Shown here piece after piece: positions 26,071-38,385 of a stretch of 64,000 bases of DNA (positions are counted from its first letter, which is position 1; every line of letters starts with the position of its first letter). Source of the stretch: Azolla caroliniana (Eukaryota; Plantae; Polypodiophyta). The position numbers and the translations under genes were made by a program. Below the pieces are notes generated by a model that searched no databases, was not told where the DNA came from, and saw only the letters and a list, made by a program, of their open reading frames with translations. The stretch spans positions 9,052,001 through 9,116,000 of the forward strand of contig JBHGNT010000002.1 in assembly GCA_043228905.1 (NCBI GenBank). The letters run 5' to 3'.

Positions 26071-29000
26071 TGTCGTGTGGTTCTTCACACACGATATGAA
26101 AAATAGTAAAAATAATTATTTAAGATTAGCTTAAAATAGTTTGATATGGAAAGATAGACGACTTCAAGAGCTTCCAAACGCATTTTACTACACATGAAAT
26201 GGATAACTAAGTATCAAGTTATGTGAGTGTGAAGTTTGAGAAGAACAGGAAAACAAAACTGTAAGATATCCCACATAGATAGGAGAACATGAGATCCGAT
26301 AGTATATAAGGAAAGCCAGAACCTACTACTTTATGTCTATGTGTGAAGCATAGAATGTTCAAGGTGACTTGGGCTAAACTATTCGGATGGATGGATGTGG
26401 TTTAACTACACACAATGGTTTTGGGTGACAGAATCGACACAGACGGAACTGGAACCGGACCCGGATCGGATGGGTGACGGTCGAGACACGCAATGGTATT
26501 AGGCTACAAAACCGGAACAAACGGAACTGGAACTGGACCCGGATCGAATGGGCCCCATGCGACTGGACGGATCGGATGGGCAATGGTTGAGACGGATGGA
26601 TCATGCACGGGCCGAACTTTACAGATGATAGGATCATGTGACCAAACTAAAGTTATGTCAACACATGCAACTAAAGTCAAACTTTATGTAAAGGTCATGT
26701 GGATGCATGCAATTGAACTCAAGATGGAAACTAGAGTTCCTTCATGCAAGTGTGAGAAGGGAGAAGAAAAGTTATCTCTATATAATCCATAGATCCAAAT
26801 GGTCCTTAGGGGGATCGAAGCCATGTTTTGGGGGAAACCATAAACCCTAATTTTCCTTATGGAAGCTATCTCTCACATAAACCCTAATTATCCTTACGGA
26901 AGCTATCTCTCAAAAACCCTAATTTTCCTTACGGAAGCCATATCACCCAAAAACCTTAATTTTCTTTACGGAAGCCATATCTCTAAAAAAAAAGCCTACT
27001 TTTTTTTATCTATTAATCACTTTAAACCTAAACTTTTGTAATCCCAATCTTGGGGTAGATTGTAATTTTTCTTTTCCTTTACTAATAATTTTTTTTAAAT
27101 TTTCTTGTTTTCGTTAATTCTTAAAGTATAAACGCACGAATTTGATATCCTCTGGTCGGAGGCCCCGGGGTCCTGCCTCAAGTTCACGTGTCTTCATCGT
27201 ATTTACGCGACATCTTTGGTGAACCCGACGTGAAACGAGGCGGCAGGAGGATATCTCATGGAGGCATATAGATACAAAGAGTCGAAGAGATGCATCCTAT
27301 ACGAATTCAACCATTGGGTGTCATTTATGAAGACCCACTAGAGTGCCATGCATGCTTTCGTTGAGTTCAATTGTCGCTTTGCACAACTCTCGGAGCAAGA
27401 TCAAAGATTGGTGGGGTTGGATAAAGTCCTAATGTTCATGAAATTGATAGATTTGAAGGAAGGAAGGCCATTAGAATCCGACTTGAGGATGACAATGGTG
27501 CAAATGGCCTCACCGAGGATTGGGTGAAAGTGGAAAGAGAATGTCGACTACACGATAAGAGGAAGACAAGATTCTGATTGGCAACAACACAACCCATGAC
27601 GGATGGTGAAAGGAGGACAGGAAGCAACTACAAAATACCACCTAAAGAAGAGAGTTTGAAGAGGGAAGGTTCATTGGTGCTCAACATAGAGGCCTTCATA
27701 AACGAAGCATATGAGAATTTAAAGGTGCAAGTCGAGGCCAAAGAGAATCTTATAATGGAACCAAAACCGAATAAAATGGTTATCAAGGAAGAAGAGACCA
27801 CCCAACAAAGGTGGAGTAATGATACGACCAATACGAAGGCCCAAGTTCAGTACGACAGCACCATGGGAGAAGGTGTGGAACAAGACGCCTTCTCGTCTTG
27901 CAAAGAAACAATGATGAAGAATGAAACCAATGAATCGAGGGTGGCGAATGCCACTTCAAGCGAGGAAAAATGTTTTGGAACATGCATCGTGTCTGAAACA
28001 TCATGTGATGAAGGTGCAAGCATGAGCAAAGCTTGCATGATCAAGGGAGATAAAAAGTGTGAGGCCGACATGATTGAGGAGATAGCCATGAAAAATGACA
28101 TCGAGTCAGAGGTGGCTATGGACAAGTCAATGGCGGATGGCCGTGTCAAGACTTTCTCCAGACTTGTTCTAGAGACTTGGGGAGTTGCGTCGGAAAGCAA
28201 AAGTGAGACCCAAGAGATGGAAGGTGACGACGAGGAAGTGAAGGCCGAAGCTAACACATGCGAGAAGAGGGAGACGTGAAGACGAAGAGAGTAGACGATT
28301 ATCATCAAGAGACTTTCCCCACAAAAGTTCTTGAGACTTGGGCATTAACTGATGTAAGTCCCAAGAGACGGAAGGTGGTGGTGAGGAAGCAAAGATCAAA
28401 GCTAATGGGAACAACCATAAGGTGGAAGTGGCTAAGAGTAGCACAACAAAGGCAATGGCAAACTACAAAATTGTATAGAGAGTAGACGATGATCATGAAG
28501 AGACTTTCCCCACAAAAGTTCTTAAGACTTGGGCATTAACCGATGTAAGTCCCAAGAGACGGAAGGTGGTGGTGAGGAAGCAAAGATCAAATCCAATGCG
28601 AACAACCATAAGGTGAAAGTGGCTAAGGGTAGCACGACAAGGCAATGGCAAACTACAAAATCGTATAAATCCCTCCATACTCGTTTGAGAGACTTGGGCA
28701 TTAACTGATGTAAGACCCAAGAGAAGGACAGTGGCGGCAAGGAAGCAAGGTTTGAAGCTAGTTCGTGCAACAAGGAAGTAAAGCAAAGCAGAATAACGAA
28801 AGTTGATGCGTGCGAGAAAGAGATAGTCAAGGAGATGACTATGGACAACACAACAAAGGAAAACGATGATCAAGATAATAATTCCTTCATAGATATTCTA
28901 GAAACTTGAAACCCATGTGAAACCCAAGAGACAGATGGTGGCGAAGAGGAAGAGAAGGACCAAGACAATACAAACAATGACATCAGCCCGAAGATGGCAA

Positions 29001-30956
29001 GAGTGAGCAAGGACCATGGAGAGGATTCCTCCACACTTGTTCTAGAGACTTCGGTAGTTGTAATCGAGAGCCAAAGTGAGATCGAAGAGACGGAAGGTGG
29101 CTACAAGGAAGCAAAGGATGAAGTCGAAGTGTATGATGAAGAGACTAAACGAAGCACAATGATGAAAGAGGATGTGTGCGACAAAGAGCTCAAGCAAAGC
29201 ACAAGAACGAAACCTGATGCTTGCAACAAAGAGTCGAGGAGAAGTACAATAAAGGAAGACAAGGGCCAAGTGGGCGAAATGGATTCAAAAGATGTAATCA
29301 CAAAATCTAACAAGGATGACACTAGCATGGAAGTCATGGTCAACTCCAACACAAGAGTATACCACGAAAGTAGAAAAAGTGAGAAGCATGAAATGTTTTC
29401 ACTTAAGGACCTTGATGTGAGCATGTAGTTGAACAATGGACCACTAAGAGTACTCAACAATAGTATTTTGATAAGGCCTTTGAATGGCATGCATGGAACA
29501 AGAAAGGATGATAAAAGAAAGTTAGATGACCAAGGAGATGGTCGAGATGAAGGTGGCACATGCATAGAGCATGAAGCATTATACTCTATAGGAGAAAAGG
29601 GAGCCATGACAACCAGCCACGGAAATGCAAAGAGTGAGTGAAGAATATGTTGGATCAGATGGTAACGGTGGTTCAGGTATAAAGAAGAAACATCAATGAA
29701 GTAGTGTAATCAAAAGAGGAGCCTCACCAAAATTGGCACATACCGGTGGATGTGTAGGTTTGGTGGGGGTGAATGTCGTGGGGTTCTTTACACACGATAT
29801 GAAAAATAGTAAAAATAATTATTTAAGATTAGCTTAAAATAGTTTGATATGGAAAGATAGACGACTTCAAGAGCTTCCAAAAGCATTTTACTACACATGA
29901 AACGGATAACTGATTATCAAGTTATGTGAGTGTAAAGTTTGAGGAGAACAAGAAAACAAAATTGTAAGATATCCCACATAGATAGGACAACATCGGATCA
30001 GATAATATATAAGGAGAGCCAGAACCTATTACTTTATGTCTATGTGTGAAGCATAGAATGTTCAAGGTGACTTGGGCTAAACTAGTTGGATGGATGGATG
30101 TGGTTTAACTACACGTAATGGTTTTGGGTGACGGAACTGGAACCGGACCCAGATCGGACCGGACTGATCGGTTGGGTTGGATGCAACCGGACGGATCTGA
30201 TGGGCGGCGGTTGAGACCGACAGATCATGCACGGGCCAAACTAAAGTAAAGGTTATGTGAACGCATGCAACTAAAGTCAAACTTTATGTAAATGGAACCG
30301 GACCCGGATCGGACCGGACTGATCGGTTGGGTTGGATGCAACCGGACGGATCTGATGGGCGGCGGTTGAGACGGACAGATCATGCACGGGCCAAACTAAA
30401 GTAAAGGTTATGTGAACGCATGCAACTAAAGTCAAACTTTATGTAAAGTAAAGGTCATGTGGATGCATGCAATTGAACTCAAGCTGGAAACTAGAGTTCC
30501 TTCATGCAAGTGCGAGAAGGGAGGAAAAACTCTATCTCTCGATAATCCATCGATCCGAATGTTCCTTAGGGGGATCAAAGCCATCTTTTGGGGGGAAAAC
30601 CCTAATTTTTTTATCGAAGCCATAAACCCTAATTTTCCTTACGGAAGCTATCTCTCACATAAACCCTAATTTTCATTACGGAAGCTATCTTTCAAAAACC
30701 CTAATGTTCCTTACGGAAGCCATATCTCTAAAAAACACCCTATTTTTTCTTATTTATTAATCTCTTTAAACGTAAACTTCTGTAATCCCAATCTTGGGAT
30801 AGTTTGTAATTTTTCTTTTCCTTTACTAATAAAATTTATTAAATTTTCTCGTTTCTGTTAATTCTTAAAGTATAAATGCACAAATTTGATATTCTCTAGT
30901 CGGAGGCCCCAGGGTCCTGCCTCAAGTTCACGTGTCTTCGTCGTATTTACGCGACA
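26071..30956 (+). mobile_element. Non-autonomous Trp-primed Gag-acidic-repeat element E
   Basis: LTRs 26071-27212 and 29774-30956; PBS TGGTGAACCCGACGTGAA 27217-27234; TSD ATGG/ATGG; about six repeat units 28150-29110. Confidence 0.95.
26842..26985 (+). repeat. Tandem telo-box units (AAACCCTAATTTTCCTTACGGAAGC) in the E LTR (copy ~30597-30740)
   Basis: Four to five ~30-bp units visible. Confidence 0.85.
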
Positions 30957-32198
30957 ATGGAAGCTTGATAGGGGAGTTTATGCAAGGATATTTTTTGTGC
31001 TAAGGCAAATTCCCTAAATATGAAACAAAAATTGGCTCCAATGTGTAGAAGGGCTAAGACATGAACTTGAGGTTGGCTTGAGGTACTAACTTCTACTTGA
31101 GCTGAGAAGACTTTACTTCCTTGGAAGAAATGGAACCACTACTAGGGATAGGCTATACAGATCTAGGATTGTCCAACCAAATGGCTCCTATTTTGGCTAG
31201 ACCTATTCGTTTAACTCTTCCTCTAAAATCTATTTTCAGAGAGAGTTGGGCTATGAGGATTATTTGCTCTATTTGGGAGAATTGGGCTATTGAGATTGTT
31301 TTCAGATATTCTTATTGGACTAGACTCAGGTGTAGTAAGGATTTGATTTACCTGAAACTTTGGTCGATTGGGGCAATTGATTGCAATATGTCCAGGACCC
31401 CCACAATACAAGCATAGGCGATTTGCTCAACGTCTTTGCTTTTCCTCATCTGATAACGGTCCTTGTCTTTGTGTTGCTTCAATCTCCATTGGTGTAGGCA
31501 CATCCATTGGAGTAATATTAGATAATTTCCTAGAAAGTGGTCTTGCCGCAACTAATGCATAAGTAGGCTCTAATCTTGATCGCACCATCAGTTGTTGCCG
31601 CTCGGAATGTCTTTCGAATAGTCTATTGTCACATCTAACCGCTCTACTTATTGCCTCCCTAAGTGATTTGCCTCCCTAAGTAAGAAACAAATCCTTCACA
31701 TCATTGCGAAGGCCATATTGAAATTGTTCCATTATTGCTTGCTCGTCCCACGAGATATTAGATACGAGGAGACGGAAGTTAACGGCATAAGCAAAAGTTG
31801 GACGATCCCCTTGTCGTAGCCTCCAGATCTTATTTGTGGTTGTCCTTACACTGTCCGTATCTCCAAAAGATGCTTTGAATTCCTCAATAAAAGCTTCAAA
31901 ATCATCTAACAATGGAGATTTTTGTTCTAATAGTGGTGCAAACCAAGACAAAGCTGAACTGCTTCATAAAGTGCCTACTAGTCCCACTCCTCATATTGTC
32001 GTACTCGTTGTGTCAATTCTTCATCATGTTGTTGCTTCTTCATTGTGACTTGTTGTAGATCTCCAAGTAGACATTAATTCTCTTGTTCAAGAGCCACGAA
32101 CTTGCCTTTCAAGCATTCAAGCTCTGATAGGACAAATTGATGTTCCTCAAGGCTAATGGAAGCCATCAGAGTGTGAGGAGATTTTGGGTAGAAGAGTG

Positions 32199-32460
32199 AT
32201 TCCGGTTCAAACTGTCAGCACGCGGACAAGAGAAAGGGATAAGGATATTTAGAGGAAGCGGAATGGAGATATTATTACTATTATAAAGAGAGAATATTAT
32301 AACCATTAGTTTGCACGCGGACAAGAGAAAAGATAACTCGTTTCTTGTTGAAGCATAATGGTGAGATATTTATTATAAAGAGAGAATAATACAACTACAG
32401 AATTAAGAGAATGATCGATAATGTAGGCTAGAAGGCTAGAGACTGGTGTTGAACCGGAAT
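32199..32460 (-). promoter_or_regulatory. Self-priming PBS of A2 and its complement at the predicted transcript 5' end
   Basis: ATTCCGGTTCAA 32199-32210 is a perfect inverted match to TTGAACCGGAAT 32449-32460; TATAAAT on minus at 32486-32492. Confidence 0.85.
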
Positions 32461-32655
32461 AACTTGAAAATAGTGAGGGGCTTCAATTTATAGGAGTAGG
32501 TAATGACACATGCAAGAGCAAGCAATGTCACATGTCATCTCTTCATGAGTTTCCTTTAATGTTCTAGAAAGTTCCACAATGATCCAAAATGTTTTATAAT
32601 GTTGTATGCATGCATCTCTTAATAATGACATGAGTTTTTATCACAGCATCTAAAT

Positions 32656-32713
32656 GACTTAGTGGGTAAGGTGCTATAAGATGAGTGCCAGGGTCGAGGG
32701 TTCAAGCTTTGGC
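32656..32713 (+). promoter_or_regulatory. tRNA-like A/B-box module in A2 LTR (copy ~23606-23665)
   Basis: GACTTAGTGGGTAAGG ... GGGTTCAAGCTTTGG. Confidence 0.5.
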
Positions 32714-35700
32714 ATGACCAGTAATCATGACAGTTTTGCTCTCTCTATCTCTCTTGTGTGATCCAGCTTTTCATTAAACCTCCATTCTGTGTTCTGTTGT
32801 TATCCAGACTAGCCGATTTTGTCTTAGCTTCCACACATTATCTTTTACATGGTAGTAGAGCACGAGGGTCGAGAACCTCTGTAGCCGATGAGCGATTTCT
32901 GAAGACCAACCCTGTGAAAGTTAGCCTACGGAAGCATTAGACAAACCGGCTCAGTTAGATAGCAACAGAAAATGAGAAGAAGGTTTAATGGAGAACTTAA
33001 CACAAAGAATACTCGTGGGAGAGACAGAGAGAGCAGAACATAAACTTAATTCAAAATAATGACAATACTCTGTGTACATAGAATGTGCTCAGAGAGCACT
33101 TTTATACAAGTCCATAAAGGACTGACAGAAGTACTGACAGGTACTTCAATATTCCTACGTGCGATTGACACTAATTATGAGACAATGATTACCTAGTAGT
33201 CTAGGCTACTACTAGGCTTCTGGTTTGCACTTGAATCCGGCTCTCTAATCAATCTCCCCGATCCAGCCGGCTGTATCTGGATACCGATCCGGCTCTAGCT
33301 TATTTAGCCGATCCGGATCTGATTGAGCTTGCTCGCTCAACACTCCCCCTCAAACTCAACTTGAGGTCGGATCATGGTTTAAGTGGCCTTTAGTTGATCC
33401 GGCTTCTCTGAATCTTGAACTGAATCGGTTTCCTCCGATTCGACCAACTCTTGTCTAAATCGGTCGCTCCCGATTCATTCCGGCTCTTGTCCGAGTCAGT
33501 GTTCTCCAACTCGTCTCCTGATTTCAAGCCCTTCACCACATTAGACCATGTCCGGGTCTTGGCCTTCTCCTTCCGGTCAGCTTTGTCCTTCTTGACTCTG
33601 CCGCTCGTTCAGACTTGTTCGGATGTGCCAAGTCCCTTCGTCGACTCAGGCCCCTTTTACCTCTGGTCTCCCCCTTTGTTGGTTCTTTCTTCCTCTCCGG
33701 CTCCTTGTCCGGTGCCATCCATTCCCTTTCCTGTTCTCCCCCTCAAGTGCGGCATATCGAGATGCTGAATGCTGAGCATCTCCGAAAAGTGTTGCAACTT
33801 GTCCACTGAAGTTCAACTTCACTGCTCAGAACCCGCTCACGAACAAAGTGATAATGCACTTCTATGTGCTTTCTCCAAGCATGGAATACAGGGTTCTTGG
33901 TCAGCTGTATGCTACTCATGTTGTCACAGAGGATTAGTATTGGAGTAGGCACCTCGATTCGGAGGTCACGCAGTAGTCGCTGAAGCTAGATGGCTTCACA
34001 GGTGGCAATGGTAGCGCCTCGGTACTCAGCCTCAGTGCTCGATAGAGCCACTATTGGTTGCTTTTTGTTGCTCCACTCAACAGTCATGCTACCAAGAGAA
34101 AACATGTAACCGGAGGTGGATCGGCGACAGACATGGCTTAAAGGAACTTCTCTGACTTGCACAATTGGGTGAGGGGTGTCGTCTCCGGTTTCAACAATCC
34201 CCGATTGTTCCGGTTTTTCCAAAAAGGAGAACCACTCTTCATGGCTCGTCATATGGTTGGACGCTCCGGAATCAACATACCATACTTCCTCTGATTTGGA
34301 AGTAGTCTTCTTCATCGAGTTAGACTTGTGCTTCATCACGAAGGTTGGCCCTTTACCGGTCAAGTGTGGCATGTCGAGATGAAGAAGACCAAGCATCTCC
34401 CAAAAATGTTGCAACTTGTCAAGGTTGAGACGTTTGGTGAAGATGTCGGCAACCTACCAATCCGTCCAGACATACTGGAGTTTTGCTTCACCACTGAGGA
34501 CCCGCTCGTGCACAAAGTGATAGTGCACTTCTATGTGCTTCGTCTGAGCATGGAACACAGGGTTCTTGGCTAGTTGCATGCTGCTCATGTTGTCGCAGTA
34601 GATCGGGATCAGAGTCGGAACTTCAATCCGGAGGTCTTGCAGCAGCCGCCAAAGCTAGATGGCTTCATAGGTGGCAACGATAGCGCCTAGATATTCAGCC
34701 TTAGTGCTCGACAGGGCAACTATCAGCTGCTTTTGTTGCTCCACACAATAGATGCGGTACCTAGAGAGAACATGAACCCAGAAGTGGACTGTCGATCCGA
34801 TGCATCTCCGCACCAGTCAGCATATGTACATCCAACTAGCTTCTATGTTATACCACGTTCGTATAATAGTGTACGGTCCTTAGTGCCGCTAACATACCTT
34901 AGTATTCGGTGCGCGCATTGAAGGTGCTCCATAGTTGGCATCTGCATGAACTGACTTATCGCTCCGACAGGATAGCTAATTTTGGGTTGGGTGATCCTCA
35001 AATAAATAAGGCTTCCGAAAATTTGTCGGAACCGTTTCTCATCACAGGCCGGTCTAGAGTCGGGACGAAGCTTGAGGTTCCGGTCCGGGGGTGTTGACAC
35101 TAGTCGACAATCCGTCATGCCCAACAAGTACAACATATTCAACATATAATGTTGTAGAGATAACAATATACCGTCGATCCTGAGGAAGTAATGAAGGTCC
35201 CCCAGGTCCTTCACTTTGAAAGCGTCTGACAGTTAGGACCTTCACTTGGCCAATTTCAGTGAGGTTGGGTCTATTGATGACTAGATAATCCACGTATAAC
35301 AAGATACATATAGGACCTTCCAGACCTTTTTGGATGAACAACGAAGAGTCCGACTTTGAGGCCGCGAACCCCATCTTACGCAACTGATGCATGATCTTCG
35401 AATTCCAAGCACGAGGGGCTTGCTTCAAGCCGTAAAGATACTTCTTGAGTCGGTAGACTGCCGACTTGTTCATCTCTGACTGAAAACCAGGGGGTTGGAT
35501 CATTAGACCTGTTCTTCAAGATCACCTTGAAGAAATGCATTCTTCACATCCATTTGGTGAAGATGCCACCGTCTTTCCGTAGCAACCACTAGCACCACAC
35601 GAACCTCGTCATCTTCGTATTGGAGCAATGGTCTCATCGTAGTCGATGTCGTAGGTCTGCGTGTATCTTTTGGCCACTAACCGGGCCTTGTACTGGTTGA

Positions 35701-36220
35701 CCGAACCGTCAACATTATACTTTATTTTGTACACCCACTTGAAACCGATTGGTTTGCAATGTTGAGGAGGGTCAAAGAGGTCCCATGTGTCATTGGCATC
35801 AAGTGCCCACATCTCTTCCTCCATAATGACATGCCTTTGTACGTTCTTTGTCACTTCTGCATAGCTCTCTAGCTCCCGCACCTCCGCCACTTTTGTCATG
35901 TACGCATAGTGATGTGCCATGTACTCATAATAGTTGTACCGTTTTATGGGGTTTTTTTGGTAGGTCGATCAGCGTAACTTCTCATTTGCCGATTTCAAAG
36001 CCCTCTTTGCCGACTCGGACGTCGTCTCAGAAGATCCATCTTCGTTCTATCTGGAGTCGGATTCACTCCGATCGGACTTGTCTCTGCTAGTGGCATATTC
36101 TGGCATATTCTTCTTCCCCTTCTCTTTGCACATGAAACATCTCTACGGTTCCTTGCACGGGGAGGGCACAATCAAGTCTCCACTACTCACCGGCTCTTCA
36201 TCTGACTGGTCATTCCGACT

Positions 36221-36554
36221 TGTTGTAGGTTTTAGGGTTAGGGTTAATGGTAATGATGATTGGTGATGTAGATGGTGTGTTCAGTGAGGATGATGAGTGT
36301 TATTGGATTGATGGTGAGAGAGACGACAAGCATTGAGAAGCATTGGGATTGATGGTGAGAGAGACGACAAGCATTGAGAAGCATTGTGGGGTGGGGGGTG
36401 GAGCCATTCTAGGCACCACCCCCACCCCACAATGCTTCTCAATGCTTGTCGTCTCTCTCGCCATCAATCCCATAATGCTCATCATCCTCATTAAACACAC
36501 CATCTCCATTACCAATCATCATTACCATTACCCCTAAACCTAAAACCTACAACA
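36221..36554. repeat. 334-bp fold-back palindrome with TG...CA termini in a 5'-LTR position
   Basis: Arms ~140 bp (TGTTGTAGGTTTTAGG / CCTAAAACCTACAACA), about 10 mismatches, 41-bp duplication in the left arm; followed by TGGCGACCACGATGGG (tRNA-Arg PBS-like, 36560-36575). Confidence 0.92.
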
Positions 36555-36575
36555 CTATTTGGCGACCACGATGGG

Positions 36576-38194
36576 CCGTAAATTTTCATTTTACGTAGAC
36601 CATTCCGCCCTTTTATACTTGGTCTCTAAGGCTTCCCTCACAGGTAAGTTGGCCCGGTGGACATTGCTACTACAGGAATTCGAGTTCGAAATTGATCACC
36701 AACAGGGTATACAACATGCAGTTGCCGACTATTTGAGCCTATTAGAAACCGGCGAGATCGGTGACGGCGTACCAGATGAGTTTCCGGATACCGAACAGTT
36801 TTAAATCACAGCAGAAACCACGGCGGATAGGACAGTTCCGGACGAGGAAAAATGGCTAACGAACATGCATCAATTCTTAAGCACGACACTACTACCACAA
36901 CAGATGAACAGAGACGAGCGGAAATGATTGGCGGTCCAAAGCCGACATTTTTTTTTATTGCAGGACACTCTATACCACAAGGGAGCCGATGGAATGTGGT
37001 GGAGAGTGGTGCAGAGCGATGAAAAGGACATCATATTACGGGAAGCACATTGCGGAGTCGCCAGAGGACACTATGCCGGTGAAGCTAAAGCAAGAAAGAT
37101 ATGGCGCAGTGAGCTATGGTGGCCAACGACACTGAAAGATTCGGTCCGATATACGAAGGAATGTGATTTGTGCCAATGAATGGGTCAACTGACAGAACAT
37201 GCGTGAATGCCTCACCAGCCGGTACTACCCCTAGAACAATTTCAAAAATGGGGGCTGGACTTCGTCAAACCATTCAAACCGCCAGCCATGCGAACCGGTA
37301 ACAAATACGTCATTGCTGCTACGGATTATTGCACCAAGTGGGTAGAGGCCAAGGCTTTGTGAGACAATACCGAGGCACCAACGACGAAATTTCTCTACGA
37401 GTACATCTGGTGTCATTACGGATGTCCAATCGAATTAATTAGCGACTAGGGTGGACACTTCCTCGGGCAAGTAGTAGAGACCCTAACAACGTTCTATGCA
37501 ATAGTACACAAGTGCAGCCAATGGACTAGCTGAGTCCACCAACAAGACACTACAGAACATCCTTCGGAAGATCGTCGACGAGAACCGGACCAATTGGGAC
37601 ACGAAGTTGCACAGTGCATTATGGGCTTACTGGACGACGTATGAAACGAGCATCAGGACAACACCATTCTGGTTAGCATTCGGACTAGATGCGGTGATGC
37701 CAATTGAATTTCAAGTACCGAGCTTACGAATACAAGTCTGCGAGTGACTGAGTGAAAAGGAATTAGAGAAAATCCGATTGGCGGCACTATGTGAGTTGGA
37801 AGAGCATTGGATAGCGAGTATCATGCAGTTGGAACTAGAGCAACAACGAAGGAAGGCATTCGTCGACCGGCACCGAAAGGGCAATGAGAAGTTGTTAGGA
37901 ATCGGCAAGCCAGTGCTCGTGTTTCAGACCTAGAAGGGTAAGATGTCAGGCAAGCTACGGTTCCGGTGGACCGGACCATACTGGATCACGCAAGAATTCA
38001 ACGGTTCTTACCAGTTACGCATGCTTGCCGTAGAAGTATTGGACAAATGGGTAAATGGGTTCCGGCTTAAACCCTATTATGGGACCGTGCCACCAAACCT
38101 GTTCGATCAGGTACATACTGACGTGGTAACCGGAAACGGCAAGCAATTGGTCGGCAACCAAGAGGAGCTGGTGTTACCCGACAACCGGGACTAA
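36576..38194 (+). pseudogene. pol: H RNase H-integrase
   Basis: ORFs 36559, 36928 and 37943 carry RH and HHCC/DDE/GPY motifs. Confidence 0.92.
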
Positions 38195-38385
38195 TGCTTA
38201 ATTAATTAAAAATAAAAAATAAAAAAAAAAGAAAAGTCATCGTGCATAGGCGAGGAGTGAACGAGCACTTTGAAAAGGTGTGGTTGGTGGCTAATTAAAA
38301 CCTCTTTAAAAGCCCACCATGTGTCACCTGACTGCTTTAATAGTACACGACGTGCATTCGCGGGAATCAAGAAAAGGTGCCAAGC

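Larger units (their letters stand above)
23256..32732 (-). mobile_element. Chromodomain Ty3/gypsy A2 (Tcn1/Tf1-like), RT deleted, hosting E
   Basis: LTRs ~23256-23716 and 32213-32732; TSD GTTCT/GTTTT; PPT ~23717-23729; gag 31200-32166; RH, IN and chromodomain 23720-25710. Confidence 0.93.

Noticed and set aside
28338-28380. Possible hammerhead ribozyme (CTGATGTAAGTCCCAAGAGACGGAAG)
   Set aside because: Lacks the exact CUGANGA and GAAA core and stems I/III; other copies of the repeat do not keep CTGATG.
28150-29110. CRISPR-like repeat-spacer appearance of the GAGACTTGGG...CCCAAGAGACGGAAGG units
   Set aside because: Units are long (~85 bp) and degenerate, spacers are irregular and partly homologous, they read as protein repeats in frame, and there are no cas genes in this eukaryotic TE context.
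36229-36246. Interstitial telomere
   Set aside because: Only about two imperfect TTTAGGG units, forming part of the palindrome arms.
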